Positions 1-10,547 of a stretch of DNA of 64,000 nucleotides are shown piece by piece. The stretch comes from Candidatus Woesearchaeota archaeon. Its GTDB lineage: Archaea; Nanobdellota; Nanobdellia; Pacearchaeales; GW2011-AR1. The stretch is taken from positions 371,560 through 435,559 of the forward strand of contig CAZTFL010000001.1 in NCBI GenBank assembly GCA_964612895.1, in the 5' to 3' direction. Below the pieces are notes generated by a model that saw only the letters and a list, made by a program, of their open reading frames with translations, searched no databases and was not told the DNA's origin. Numbering within the stretch: position 1 is the first letter of the stretch; each line of letters starts with the position of its first letter. Position numbers and translations under genes: made by a program.

Positions 1-1273
1 TTGCTATTGTAACTGTTTGTTGTTCCATTGCTTCATGCATCGCACTTCTATCTTCTTCGTCCATTTTATCAAATTCATCTATACAAACAATTCCTTTATT
101 CGCTAAAACCATAGCTCCTGCTTCTAATCCCCATCCTTTTAGTAAATCATCTTTTACTACCGTCGCTGTAATTCCTGCTCCTGTTGTTGATTTTCCAGAA
201 ATATATCTAGCTTTTGGTGCTGTTTTTGCAATATAACTTAACATGACTGATTTTGCAACTCCAGGATCTCCTACTAAAAGAATATGAATATCTCCTCTCA
301 TTTTTGTTCCATCACTTCTAGTTTTTTTTACTCCACTAAATAATTGTAAAGCTAATGCTCTTTTTACATTATTATATCCAAAAACTGATGGTGCAATGCT
401 TTTTACCATTTTATCTACCAAATTAGGATCTGCGGCTAATTCTTTAATTGCTCTTTCATCCTCTTCAGTAATATTAATATCTTCAAAACTTTCTTCCATT
501 GGAATAATATTATTAGCTTCTATTGCTAAATCAAATCTAGTAAGCATTGCTCCTGATGATGATGATAATGCAATTTCTTTTAGAATTCCTATTATTCTAA
601 CTCTACTTCCTGGAGTTGTTCTTGTCTCCATTCTTGGGTCTACTAAATCTTCTTTTAGATATATACTCATTCTTTTAGGCTGTTCTCCACCGCTTAAATC
701 GTCAGAAGCTTCTTCTATTGTAAGACCTTGAGCATCTACCATATCTTTATCTAAAAGTCTAAAACCTCCTCTTCTTCCACAACTACATCGACTCGGTTCT
801 TTGAATTTTTTATCTATTTGCAAAACTGATATTATTGTTCCACATGATGGACACTCAAATTTAGCGTTTGTAACTAATGGCCTTACTTCGGACGCTTGTC
901 TTACTATTCCTTCAATACTAATCATTTTACCTAAATTTTTTGCTCTGATATCTCTTATATGAATTTCTTGAGACTCTGAAATATTTACAAAACGTACACG
1001 ACATTTAGTTGGAGCCCATTCTAAATCTTCCAAAGCAGATTCTAATAATTGTATTGTCTCTTCTGGCCTTTCTATTAGTAATTCAGATATTTCTGGAGAA
1101 AATTCAGATAGCTCAAAAAAATCAACTTTAATGACTTTTCCACCTTGTTTGGAAACATCACCTATTTTTTTTCTGTTAATTTCGAAAAAGTTTTTTGCCT
1201 CTGTTATTATTTCTTCTTGATTAATTTGATTTCCTAATTGACTATTTCTTGAATTTTCTGACATTTCTTCCAT
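1..1273 (-). CDS. mcm: MCM replicative helicase, N-terminal and AAA+ part. The gene runs off the window start; the N-terminus is at 1273 or 1264.
   Basis: Reverse-strand translation MEEMSENSRNSQ...CPSCG...CSCGRRGGF (C4 zinc finger)...GDPGVAKS (Walker A)...CIDEFDKM (Walker B). This is the typical MCM domain order. Confidence 0.85.
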   Translation of the reverse strand, partial: MEEMSENSRNSQLGNQINQEEIITEAKNFFEINRKKIGDVSKQGGKVIKVDFFELSEFSPEISELLIERPEETIQLLESALEDLEWAPTKCRVRFVNISESQEIHIRDIRAKNLGKMISIEGIVRQASEVRPLVTNAKFECPSCGTIISVLQIDKKFKEPSRCSCGRRGGFRLLDKDMVDAQGLTIEEASDDLSGGEQPKRMSIYLKEDLVDPRMETRTTPGSRVRIIGILKEIALSSSSGAMLTRFDLAIEANNIIPMEESFEDINITEEDERAIKELAADPNLVDKMVKSIAPSVFGYNNVKRALALQLFSGVKKTRSDGTKMRGDIHILLVGDPGVAKSVMLSYIAKTAPKARYISGKSTTGAGITATVVKDDLLKGWGLEAGAMVLANKGIVCIDEFDKMDEEDRSAMHEAMEQQTVTIA

Positions 1274-1327
1274 TTTAGTAGAAAGAATAATTCTTATTTA
1301 AATGATGCTGTCTAAAATTATATGCTT

Positions 1328-2167
1328 TTAATTATACACAAAAACTGGTTTTGCAACAAAATCTTGATTTTTTAATTTTATCGCTATCTCAAGAAAGTCA
1401 TTTTCGTAAAATACTGAGAATAAACTATTTTCTTTTATTTTATCAAATGTTTCTTGATTTAATATATCAGAACTAATTAATTTTTTACCTGTTTTTATTG
1501 AATTTATACTTTCTTTTTTTATTTTTATTATTGGGAAATTTTTCTTAATTATTTCTTCTGCTGGATAAATCATAGATAACAAATCTTCTTTTTGTGAATT
1601 TCTATATTTTAATAAAGCATCTTGGAACTCATACAATGTGTAAATTTTTTCTTCAGAAAAAAAACCAGCTTTTATTCTTCTTAATTCCGCCATATGTGCT
1701 CCGCCTATTATCTCCCCTAAATCACTACATAATTTTCTGATGTATGTACCGCCTTCGACTTTTGTTATAAATAAAAATTCTTTATTATTTATAGTTTCTA
1801 AAATTTCCCATTTATAGACTGTTCTCTTTCTAGGAGCTCTTTTAACTGCACTTTTGTGAGGCGGAGTTTGTATTATTTCTCCTAAAAATGTTTTATTTAT
1901 TATTTCCTGAATTTTTTCTTTTGTATTTTCTTTGTGTGTTTGAAGAATTCCAATATATTCTTTATCGTGTCCTATTAAAAATCCTGATAATTTACATGCT
2001 CTTCCTAAAGCTATTGGTAAAACTCCACTGACATTTGGATCTAATGTTCCCATATGGGATGTCTTTTTAATATTCAATTCTCTTTTTAGAAAATTTGATA
2101 CGCTAAAACTTGTTGGACCAATTGGCTTATCTATATTAATAAAACCAAAATTAATTAAATCTTCCAT
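1328..2167 (-). CDS. truB: tRNA/rRNA pseudouridine synthase Cbf5 (TruB family, with a PUA-like C-terminus)
   Basis: GTLDPNVSG catalytic motif (TruB GTLDP), HMGTLDP, archaeal Cbf5 length and layout. Confidence 0.85.
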   Translation of the reverse strand: MEDLINFGFINIDKPIGPTSFSVSNFLKRELNIKKTSHMGTLDPNVSGVLPIALGRACKLSGFLIGHDKEYIGILQTHKENTKEKIQEIINKTFLGEIIQTPPHKSAVKRAPRKRTVYKWEILETINNKEFLFITKVEGGTYIRKLCSDLGEIIGGAHMAELRRIKAGFFSEEKIYTLYEFQDALLKYRNSQKEDLLSMIYPAEEIIKKNFPIIKIKKESINSIKTGKKLISSDILNQETFDKIKENSLFSVFYENDFLEIAIKLKNQDFVAKPVFVYN

Positions 2168-2243
2168 TTAAGAGACATTATCAACTTCATTTAAAAATAT
2201 TATTAAAATAAAATAAAAAGGGAATAACCCAATAAAAATTTTT

Positions 2244-3467
2244 TTAGTAATAACTTGTTTCTACTTCTTCAACAGCTTTATCTTTCTTTGATATCAAGAC
2301 AACTAAAACTACAAGTAATACTACGAATATTATTGCTAGTACTGCTAATAAAGCTACTATTGAGCCTGACATTGTAGATGTTGCTCTTCCAATAACATTT
2401 GCTGTAAATACTAATTGTTTACCATCAACTATCGCAGTAAATGTATATGTTCCTTCTTCAGCTTCGTTAGCTTGTTCTACTTCTATAGATACAACTTGAG
2501 AGCTGTATGGGCTAACTGTAACTAATTGTGGAGCAATTACTTTCAAAGAACTACTTGACATTGTTGTTAGTGGTAAAGTTTTTACACTATTACCATTATT
2601 TACAACAACTATATCGTATGTAGTTGCTTTTCCTGCAATTAAGTCTTGATTATTCATAGTTGTTAATACCTTTGTAGATGTTGCTTCAGATATACTTATC
2701 AATTTATTAACAAGTGTTTGAGTTTCTCCATCTCTGTCGTAAGCTTTTACTGATAGTGTATAAACACCAGCTTTTGCAGTTTCTGGAACTTCCAAGTATA
2801 CTACTGATTCTTTTGCGTCATCATCTTCATCGTCATCTAATGGAACAATATCTCCAACATAACTACGAGTAGTTACGCCTAATTCTGGAAGGCTTACTTC
2901 TACATAAACATCATCCATTTTATTGTATCCAACATTCTTCAAAACTACAGAAATTGGAAAAACTTTTCCAGCTTCTACTTGAGAAGAAAAATCAGCAGAC
3001 AATACACTCATTTGATAAGATTCTCTTTGCAATGTAACTGTATACTTAAGTTCTGTTTTATCTACGTTGTTAAAAACACTAACATAAAGAGAATACTCTT
3101 TTGTTAAGTCATCTATCCCAGATAAAGAGTCTAAAGATAAAACTTTTCTATATGTTTTACCAGCAATTATGTCTCCAAAATAAGCATTATCGGATTCTCC
3201 CATAACTTCAACCTTTACCTTAACATCACTTGCGTTTTTAGCAGCATCAAAAATAACTTCAACTTCAGCTTCACTATCGATAACAAGATCTACTCCAGAA
3301 CCTAATGTAACACCATTAAACTTTGTTGTAAGAGTTGCAACGTTAGCCAAATCTGCAGCGGAAACAAAACTAAGCATTGATAAAGCTACAAAGACGTAAA
3401 GAAAAACTAGATTTTTTTGACTTTTCATTGTTTTTTTAATTAATTTAGTTGTTCGTCTAAAAGCCAT
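2244..3467 (-). CDS. Secreted surface protein with an N-terminal signal peptide and a C-terminal TM anchor
   Basis: Hydrophobic signal MKSQKNLVFLYVFVALSMLSFVSAA (an alternative start is M14, near 3428). The body is rich in T/S/V/D, like a beta-rich ectodomain. The C-terminal helix is IVALLAVLAIIFVVLLVVLVVLI followed by KKDK. Confidence 0.5.
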   Translation of the reverse strand: MAFRRTTKLIKKTMKSQKNLVFLYVFVALSMLSFVSAADLANVATLTTKFNGVTLGSGVDLVIDSEAEVEVIFDAAKNASDVKVKVEVMGESDNAYFGDIIAGKTYRKVLSLDSLSGIDDLTKEYSLYVSVFNNVDKTELKYTVTLQRESYQMSVLSADFSSQVEAGKVFPISVVLKNVGYNKMDDVYVEVSLPELGVTTRSYVGDIVPLDDDEDDDAKESVVYLEVPETAKAGVYTLSVKAYDRDGETQTLVNKLISISEATSTKVLTTMNNQDLIAGKATTYDIVVVNNGNSVKTLPLTTMSSSSLKVIAPQLVTVSPYSSQVVSIEVEQANEAEEGTYTFTAIVDGKQLVFTANVIGRATSTMSGSIVALLAVLAIIFVVLLVVLVVLISKKDKAVEEVETSYY

Positions 3468-3571
3468 TAACTTTATAAATTTAATGTTATGTTGTAATTA
3501 TTGAATGATAAAAAAACTTAAAAAGTATACGTGTGTATACTATTTATCGTAAAATGGAGTAACTACAAAAA

Positions 3572-3835
3572 ATGACAATAACAACAATAAAACTGCAAAA
3601 AGAAACTAAGGAAAGAGTTGAAAAATTAAGAGAAAGCAAAAGAGAAAGTTATGACGATATCTTAAAAAAAGTTCTTTATGTTCTTAATTTAACAAGAGAT
3701 AATCCTACAAAAGCAAAATCTTTTTTAGAGAAAATTGACGAAATAAGAAATCGTATGATTGAAGAAGAAAAATATGAGAAAGAAGAAAAGAAAAAATTGT
3801 TAAACGAAAAGAAAAATATCGAGAAAAATAAATAA
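3572..3835 (+). CDS. Small ribbon-helix-helix (CopG-like) DNA-binding protein with a Lys/Glu-rich tail
   Basis: N-terminal TTIKLQKETKERVEKLRE...SYDDILKKVL resembles an RHH beta-strand plus two helices. The C-terminus is charged and low-complexity. Confidence 0.35.
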   Translation: MTITTIKLQKETKERVEKLRESKRESYDDILKKVLYVLNLTRDNPTKAKSFLEKIDEIRNRMIEEEKYEKEEKKKLLNEKKNIEKNK

Positions 3836-3839
3836 TAAA

Positions 3840-4616
3840 TTATTCTATCATTTTTAGCCCCATTAGTGCGTCTTCAATTGGATTTGGGGATTCGTTTATT
3901 ATTGTTATTGTTTTATCAATACTTTTTATTTTATCAATTAAATCTTTCCAGTCCTTCATTTCGGTGTTTAAATGTTTTCTTTCTCCCTTTTCATTATATT
4001 CTATTCCAGAGAAATGACAGTGCCATTCTTTTTGTGGGAAACTTGTAAGTACTTCATCGAACATGTCTTTTTTGTATCTTGCTAGTATGTGAGCAAAATC
4101 TATTGTAAACGAACATCCAGTTTCTTTAGCTAATTTTGAAATTTCTTCTATTGAACCAAAAACATTAACCTTCCCCATAATCTCTGGAGATAATTTTACA
4201 TTCCATTCATTTTTTTTAATTAAATTTTGAATCTCTATTATGCATTTTTTTATATTTTCATATGTTTTCAATTTATCTTCTTTCGAATAAAATCCTGAAT
4301 GAAATACTATTTGCTCTACTCCCATTAAATGTCCAATTTCACAACATTTTATTATTCTATTTTTTGATGCTTCTACTTTTTCTTTTTCTTGAGAATTTAG
4401 GTTTATAAAATATGGAGCATGTATTGATAATTTTATATTCAATTCTTTTGCTTTTTTGCCTATTATAATAGCATTTTCTTTATTTATATAAATACTATAC
4501 GTAAAAGTTACTTCGGCTGCTGTTATTCCTAATTTTGAATATTTTTCTAGATTTGATATTATATCCTTTGTTGGACCAATACCAGAAGGGCCTATTCTTA
4601 TTTGCGAATTATTCAT
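3840..4616 (-). CDS. nfo: AP endonuclease family 2 protein (endonuclease IV-like, TIM barrel)
   Basis: HAPYFINL (Nfo HAPYLINL), GVEQIVFHSG, TIDFAHI metal-ligand motifs; about 258 aa. Confidence 0.7.
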   Translation of the reverse strand: MNNSQIRIGPSGIGPTKDIISNLEKYSKLGITAAEVTFTYSIYINKENAIIIGKKAKELNIKLSIHAPYFINLNSQEKEKVEASKNRIIKCCEIGHLMGVEQIVFHSGFYSKEDKLKTYENIKKCIIEIQNLIKKNEWNVKLSPEIMGKVNVFGSIEEISKLAKETGCSFTIDFAHILARYKKDMFDEVLTSFPQKEWHCHFSGIEYNEKGERKHLNTEMKDWKDLIDKIKSIDKTITIINESPNPIEDALMGLKMIE

Positions 4617-5103
4617 TTATATACCCTAAAGGATTAATTATATTTTTATTTAATTGACCTAAATTTTGAATAATATAACTGTATAAATCATTAATTACTT
4701 GTTCTTGGAGTTTTTCTTTTAATTCTCCTCTGCAATTTGATAAATCTGATTCTGGTAACATTACAACTCCATATTCCATTGAACAAATCATTTCTTTTCC
4801 TTTGAGTGTTTTTGTGTCCTGATTATTTAACTGTCCTTCTAATAGTGTTACACTTACTTCGCATATTTCGGAATTTCTGCCATTTATTACATATCCAAAA
4901 ATTATATCTGTTCCACCCGCGAAAATTGTTTTTTTACATTTAGCTAAATTTTCATTAAAACATTCCCAACTATTACATCTCTGATGATAGCTTAAGATAA
5001 TATAGAATAAAAACATTATAAAAATGAAACAAATTACTAAAATTATTGGGAGTTTATTTCTTTTTTTGTTAGAAATATCTTCTAACATCCACTTCTTTTT
5101 CAT
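4609..5103 (-). CDS. Hypothetical membrane-anchored protein
   Basis: N-terminal TM LPIILVICFIFIMFLFYIIL, Cys-containing ectodomain, overlaps nfo by 8 nt (translationally coupled). Confidence 0.4.
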   Translation of the reverse strand: MKKKWMLEDISNKKRNKLPIILVICFIFIMFLFYIILSYHQRCNSWECFNENLAKCKKTIFAGGTDIIFGYVINGRNSEICEVSVTLLEGQLNNQDTKTLKGKEMICSMEYGVVMLPESDLSNCRGELKEKLQEQVINDLYSYIIQNLGQLNKNIINPLGYINE

Positions 5104-5220
5104 TATCTTATTTGTATAATTTAGTATATAAGTTTTTGGACTTTAATATTTTATAAAATTTTGAGATTCCAAATGAATAAAAACTTTCAATGTTTAGAAA
5201 TAACATGAATCAGGGGGTCG

Positions 5221-6936
5221 GTGGTCAGGCGACAGAAGTTAGAGGGCAGAAGTCGGATTTTAGACGTGAGGGGTCAGATTGGAGTTGGAAAGCTTTTCGC
5301 GATAATCTTAGGTGTTATTGTTTTAGTTATAGTTATTGTTGGAGCTACTACTGGTGTATTTCAACCTATGTTTGAAAGGATTGGTGCGAAAGGAGACGAA
5401 CTACTAATAAAATTAAATACTGAGAAAAATATTGAAGCTAATGAAGATTATTCTTGTTATTCAACGGTTAAAACGATAAATGATCAAGAAGTTAACTGGA
5501 CAATTTGTGAAGACGGTGAATATTTTAACGCAACGCAAGGTCTCGATGGTTTAACAATAAACGGAGTAAAAATAACAAAAGTATTTTATGGAAAAAATGA
5601 CATTATAAAATATTATCTAAAGGATGACGTAAGAGAATACAAAATTTCTAAATCAAATTCTTATGAAGAATGGTTAAAATTAATGAAAAATGAAGATTTG
5701 TTAAATATATCGTATCTACGTAGTAATTTAACGGAAAAGGGTACCAATAAAACAAATTTTGGAGACTACAAAGATTTGGACGATTATTATTTTTTCTCTA
5801 ATAAAACTTTTCCGATGTTTTTATTTGTAGAGCATAGAATGAATAATGATTATCAATTAAAAAATTGTCTAGATATAAAAACGCCTTTTGGATATCAATT
5901 TAAATTAGATTTTTTCTCTAATAACTTAATATTATATCCGAATATGTTATATTTTAATAATAATTTTATAAATTCAAATTGTAAAGTTTATTTACCTGAT
6001 TCCTATGTTAATGAAGGAAACGAAATAATTATTAAAAATAATATTTTTGACAATCAAATATTACAAACATATTTAGGGCATTTAGAAGGAGGTAGTGTTT
6101 CTTTAGCTGAATGTAGAAATTCGCAAGAAAGAATTACGAGAAACTACCCAGAATTTATCCAATACTTTTCACAATATTACTCAGATTGTACTACTATTTG
6201 TAAAAAGGTAACTTTTATTAATTCTAATACTTGTGATGATATTTGTCAAGAATATTATAATTATTATGATATTTTTTATAACATATTTAATGGAGATTGT
6301 AACTCAGAAAATGCTGATATTCAAAATAATAAATATGAAAATTTTATCAAGAATATTACATATCAAAAGATTTGGTTAGGTGTTCTTCAGAACTCTATTA
6401 TTTTAGGTTATAGAATAAAAGATAATAGTGATTCTAATTTTAGAGATCCTGAAAAAGGTAAAATAATATTTGATGCTATTCTAATTGAATTCAAACAAAA
6501 AACTTCTGAAGAACAACAAAGAATATTTAGTGAAATGCAAAAACAATTTAATGATTTAAGAACCGATGATTTTAATGTTGAATATAAAATTAATCAAACA
6601 ATAAATATTTCTGATTATTATTCTGAATGTGGGAAGTGGCATATAGAAACTGGTGTAAATGTAGTAACTTACGGGCGTGATTATGGAATTATTTATAATA
6701 GTTTAGATAAGTTTGAAAGAAAAATGAAAAACAAAAATACTCAATGTAAAAAAGAAAATTTCTCTTCTTTAAAAAAATTTGTAATTGTTGAATATAATTC
6801 TATAGCAAAAATATGGAACTTAAATTTATCATCACAAATTTTGAATTCAGAGGATTTGAATAATTTAGAAAAAGAAATTAAGAGGTCTATAGAATTATCT
6901 AATTTGTATAGTTATAAATCCTTAAGAGTAAATTAA
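5221..6936 (+). CDS. Large Asn/Tyr/Cys-rich extracellular protein with an N-terminal TM or signal (GTG start)
   Basis: N-terminus VRGQIGVGKLFAIILGVIVLVIVIVGATTG is hydrophobic, followed by a 500-aa N/Y/C-rich domain with many paired Cys residues. The exact start is uncertain. Confidence 0.45.
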   Translation: MVRRQKLEGRSRILDVRGQIGVGKLFAIILGVIVLVIVIVGATTGVFQPMFERIGAKGDELLIKLNTEKNIEANEDYSCYSTVKTINDQEVNWTICEDGEYFNATQGLDGLTINGVKITKVFYGKNDIIKYYLKDDVREYKISKSNSYEEWLKLMKNEDLLNISYLRSNLTEKGTNKTNFGDYKDLDDYYFFSNKTFPMFLFVEHRMNNDYQLKNCLDIKTPFGYQFKLDFFSNNLILYPNMLYFNNNFINSNCKVYLPDSYVNEGNEIIIKNNIFDNQILQTYLGHLEGGSVSLAECRNSQERITRNYPEFIQYFSQYYSDCTTICKKVTFINSNTCDDICQEYYNYYDIFYNIFNGDCNSENADIQNNKYENFIKNITYQKIWLGVLQNSIILGYRIKDNSDSNFRDPEKGKIIFDAILIEFKQKTSEEQQRIFSEMQKQFNDLRTDDFNVEYKINQTINISDYYSECGKWHIETGVNVVTYGRDYGIIYNSLDKFERKMKNKNTQCKKENFSSLKKFVIVEYNSIAKIWNLNLSSQILNSEDLNNLEKEIKRSIELSNLYSYKSLRVN

Positions 6937-7779
6937 TTATCTATTATCATAAAAAGATGTGTCTCCAAGCGTTTCTATCATTCCTGCTGGAAAAGAAAAA
7001 GAATTGCCATTATAGATAAATTTTGTTTGAAAAGGATCTAAAACAACTGGATATTTCTCACCTAAATCATTCATATCAGTAAATGAATTTTCTTTTAGAG
7101 GGCTATTGTTTTCTACTTTTATACTATATAATAAATCATCAATTCCATTGTAAAATTTACCTGTTTTATTGAAATCCATATCTTTTTCATAATCTAAAAT
7201 CATATAATTACTAATATTTGAAAACATGTCAGTAATCCAGAAAAATGTCTCTTTACCCTCTTGTGCATTTTTGTGTTCTTCAGATATTGAAGCAATTACA
7301 GTTAATTTCTTTTTCCCTTTATCATAATAAAAATCAGAATTAAAATATCCAATAACATATTTTTTATCACCAATAGAAATCAAATCATATCCTATACTAA
7401 CGTCTGTTTCAAACCCTTCAAATCTATTTTTATTTAATACTATTGATGTATTTTTCTTTGCTAAATATTCAACCATGTTAAAATTTTCTTTAACTTTTTC
7501 TTCAACAACATAACTATCTTTTGCAACGTTTTGTGATGTATTTATTTCTCTAATGTATTTTTCTGTTTGAGGTTCAGTTTGAATGTAAGATTCTTGAGAT
7601 GTTTTTGTATCTTGGATAACAGGATTTTCTTGTTGTACTATTTGAGCTGCAGAGGTCTGGATTACTTTTTCGTCTAGTGTTTTTTTAGAATCTTTACAAG
7701 AAATAGAACCAAATAACAGACTAGCAACTAAAGCGGACACTCCTAATGCTTTTGCTATCCGGTTAGTTGTTTTATTCAT
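6937..7779 (-). CDS. Lipoprotein
   Basis: Signal peptide with lipobox LLFGSISC, then a Ser/Thr/Gln-rich linker and a globular domain. Confidence 0.5.
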   Translation of the reverse strand: MNKTTNRIAKALGVSALVASLLFGSISCKDSKKTLDEKVIQTSAAQIVQQENPVIQDTKTSQESYIQTEPQTEKYIREINTSQNVAKDSYVVEEKVKENFNMVEYLAKKNTSIVLNKNRFEGFETDVSIGYDLISIGDKKYVIGYFNSDFYYDKGKKKLTVIASISEEHKNAQEGKETFFWITDMFSNISNYMILDYEKDMDFNKTGKFYNGIDDLLYSIKVENNSPLKENSFTDMNDLGEKYPVVLDPFQTKFIYNGNSFSFPAGMIETLGDTSFYDNR

Positions 7780-7907
7780 AAAATATGAATGTGTTTAATC
7801 TTTAAAAATGTTACGGGGTAATAGTAACAGTTTTATTTAATAAAAATTAAAAAAACCAATACTAGATATATGAATAGTTTTTTAAATTGAAGTTTTGATT
7901 ATTTTGT

Positions 7908-9083
7908 ATGAAAAATTTAGTTATAAATACTGGTTCGAGTTCTTTAAAATTTAGTGTATTTGAAAATGATGAATGTATAATCTCTGGAATTTGTGAAGGC
8001 ATTAACGAGAAAAAATCTAAAATAAAATATTTTATTAATGATAAAAAAGTTATAAATGAAGATATTCTATTTAAAAATCATAAAGATGCTTTTGATTTGG
8101 TTGTCTCTATACTAAAAGAAAATAATATGCTTGATGATATTTCATTTGTTTCACATAGAATTGTTCATGGTGGACCTAATTTTATTAAAACTGTTTTAGT
8201 TGATGATAATATTATTGAAAAACTTAAAGAAAATGATTGTTTAGCTCCATTACATAATCCTTCTAATGTTGAAGGAATAAAAATTATGAAAGAAATACTT
8301 CCTAGCGATGTAAAACATTTTGCTGTTTTTGATACTGCATATCATTCTACTATGGATGAAACTGCTTATTTATACGGAGTTCCTTACGAATGGTATTGTA
8401 AATATAAAATAAGAAGATATGGATTTCATGGAACTAGTCATAAGTATGTAATAAATAGAACATTAGAGTTATTAAAAAATAAAAAATCTAGAGTTATTTC
8501 TTGTCATTTGGGAAATGGAGCGAGTGTTTGTGCGAGTAATTCTGGAAAATGTGTTGATACTTCTATGGGTTTTACACCTTTAGATGGATTAATAATGGGA
8601 ACTAGGTGTGGTTCTATTGATCCTGCAATAATTCCTTTTGTTGCCAATAAAGAAGGTTATTCAATGTTAGAAATTGATAATATACTTAATAAAAAATCTG
8701 GGATGTTGGGAGTTAGTGAATTATCAAATGATATGAGAGATTTAGAAATAAATGCTGAAAAGGGACATCCTGGAGCTGTTAGAGCATTAAAAATGTATTA
8801 TCATAATGTTCTAAAAATTATTGGTTCGTATATTGCTGAATTGGGAGGAGTTGAAGCTATTGTTTTTACAGCAGGAATTGGGGAGCATGATCCGCGTTTA
8901 AGAAAATATATTGCAGAACACCTTTCTTTTCTTGAAATTGAAATTGATGAAGAAAAAAATTCTTCTAATTGCACTGGAGAAATAACAACAGAAAATTCTA
9001 AGGTAAAAATTTTTATAATTCCTACAAATGAAGAATTACAAATGACTATAGAATGTAAAGATTTGTTGTGCTCTAATAAATAA
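7908..9083 (+). CDS. ackA: Acetate (propionate) kinase
   Basis: N-terminal VINTGSSSLKF (acetate kinase signature 1), FHGTSHKYV, ISCHLGNGASVCA, IIPTNEE. Confidence 0.85.
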   Translation: MKNLVINTGSSSLKFSVFENDECIISGICEGINEKKSKIKYFINDKKVINEDILFKNHKDAFDLVVSILKENNMLDDISFVSHRIVHGGPNFIKTVLVDDNIIEKLKENDCLAPLHNPSNVEGIKIMKEILPSDVKHFAVFDTAYHSTMDETAYLYGVPYEWYCKYKIRRYGFHGTSHKYVINRTLELLKNKKSRVISCHLGNGASVCASNSGKCVDTSMGFTPLDGLIMGTRCGSIDPAIIPFVANKEGYSMLEIDNILNKKSGMLGVSELSNDMRDLEINAEKGHPGAVRALKMYYHNVLKIIGSYIAELGGVEAIVFTAGIGEHDPRLRKYIAEHLSFLEIEIDEEKNSSNCTGEITTENSKVKIFIIPTNEELQMTIECKDLLCSNK

Positions 9084-9123
9084 GTTTATAAAAAGAGATT
9101 GTTCTTTTCTTAAAAGGTGAAGT

Positions 9124-10497
9124 ATGACAAGTTTTTATATTTATGATATAAGTTTTTTGATCCTTTTTACTCTTGGAATCAGTTACTTGATTTATAGAAA
9201 TAAAAAAAAGGCAAAAAGAGATGGAATTATTTTTATGTTTAGAACTCAGTTTGGAACAAAAATTATGGAAAAAATTGATAAAAAATTTCATCCAGTTATT
9301 CGAATTTTAAGATATTTTATAATTATTCTTGGTTTTATTTTGATGGTTTCAATGATTTCTTTGCTAATCCAAAGTCTTTGCATGTATATTACAAATCCTG
9401 AACTTTCACAACAAATAAAGGCACCTCCTATAGCTCCTTTGATTCCTTATTTCCCAGAATTATTCGGAATGGAAAGTTATTTTCCACCTTTTTATTTTAC
9501 ATATTTTATTATTGCAATCTCAATTGTAAGTATCTTTCATGAATTTGCTCATGGAGTTTTAATGAAATATTCAAAAACAAAAATTAAATCAACTGGATTT
9601 ATGTTTTTAGGTCCTATACTTGGTTTTTTTGTAGAACAAGACGATAAAGATTTTAAAAAGAAAAAAAGAATAGATCAAATGGCAACTTTAGGTGCCGGAG
9701 TATTTTCAAATATTATGGTTGCTGTTATATTTTATTTGTTATATATAAGTTTTTTTTCTTTAGTTTTCCAACCAATAGGATATTCTTTTGATATGTATAG
9801 TTTAAGTATTTTGAATACTTCTAATATTGATGATATTTATTTAGATGGAGATTATGGTGTAATAACAATTGAAGAATCTAAATATTTCATAGATAAAAAT
9901 AATATTGAATCTATAGATAAAAATAACTCTGAATTAATTTATGCTTATGACAATACTCCAGCTTTTAGGAATAAACTAAAGGGTATTATTTTGCATATTG
10001 ATGATTTTGCTGTTTATGATCAAAAGAGTTTATCTCAAGTTATGTCTTCTTATAATCCAGGAGATAATGCTATAATTTCAACACTTTTTGAAAATCAAGT
10101 TTTAGAATTTAATATAACATTCGATAAACATCCGGAAAATGAATCAAAACCATATCTTGGAATAGCTAAATATGATAATGGGAAAAAAGGTGTGAGTGGA
10201 ATTCTTTCTAATTTAATGAATATAAATATCAACGAAGATGACTATGAAACTAAAATAAATAAAGAATTTGCAGTGTTTATACTTTACTTATTTTGGTGGA
10301 TTATGATAATTAATATGTTAGTTGCTTTATTTAATATGTTACCTTGGGGAATGCTTGATGGTGGAAGATTCTTAGAACTTGGAATAGGAAAATTTGTTAG
10401 TGAAAAAAGAGCTTCTTTGATTGTAAAAATTATAGGTAAAATTATATTAGGCATCTTAATTTTTATGACTATTTTATGGTTTGTTAGATTATTTTAA
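9124..10497 (+). CDS. Site-2 protease (M50-family intramembrane zinc metalloprotease)
   Basis: Polytopic membrane protein with HEFAH (HExxH) in a TM segment and the NMLPWGMLDGG (LDG) motif. The middle region is soluble and may be PDZ-like. Confidence 0.7.
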   Translation: MTSFYIYDISFLILFTLGISYLIYRNKKKAKRDGIIFMFRTQFGTKIMEKIDKKFHPVIRILRYFIIILGFILMVSMISLLIQSLCMYITNPELSQQIKAPPIAPLIPYFPELFGMESYFPPFYFTYFIIAISIVSIFHEFAHGVLMKYSKTKIKSTGFMFLGPILGFFVEQDDKDFKKKKRIDQMATLGAGVFSNIMVAVIFYLLYISFFSLVFQPIGYSFDMYSLSILNTSNIDDIYLDGDYGVITIEESKYFIDKNNIESIDKNNSELIYAYDNTPAFRNKLKGIILHIDDFAVYDQKSLSQVMSSYNPGDNAIISTLFENQVLEFNITFDKHPENESKPYLGIAKYDNGKKGVSGILSNLMNININEDDYETKINKEFAVFILYLFWWIMIINMLVALFNMLPWGMLDGGRFLELGIGKFVSEKRASLIVKIIGKIILGILIFMTILWFVRLF

Positions 10498-10547
10498 TAA
10501 ATTTTTAAAAACATTAATTTTAAAACTAAATAAAACTTTTTTTATTT

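Noticed and set aside
396-731. 111-aa + strand ORF
   Set aside because: It lies fully inside the reverse-strand MCM coding sequence, is a low-complexity S/I/L-rich antisense ORF, and has no RBS.
5190-5375. 61-aa ORF MFRNNMNQGVGG...
   Set aside because: It is an alternative frame of the GC-rich 5' region of the 571-aa gene. It ends in a W/Y/C-rich nonsense tail, and the long frame is preferred.
9073-9291. 72-aa reverse-strand ORF overlapping the ack stop and the S2P start
   Set aside because: It is antisense to two well-supported genes and has AT-rich composition bias.
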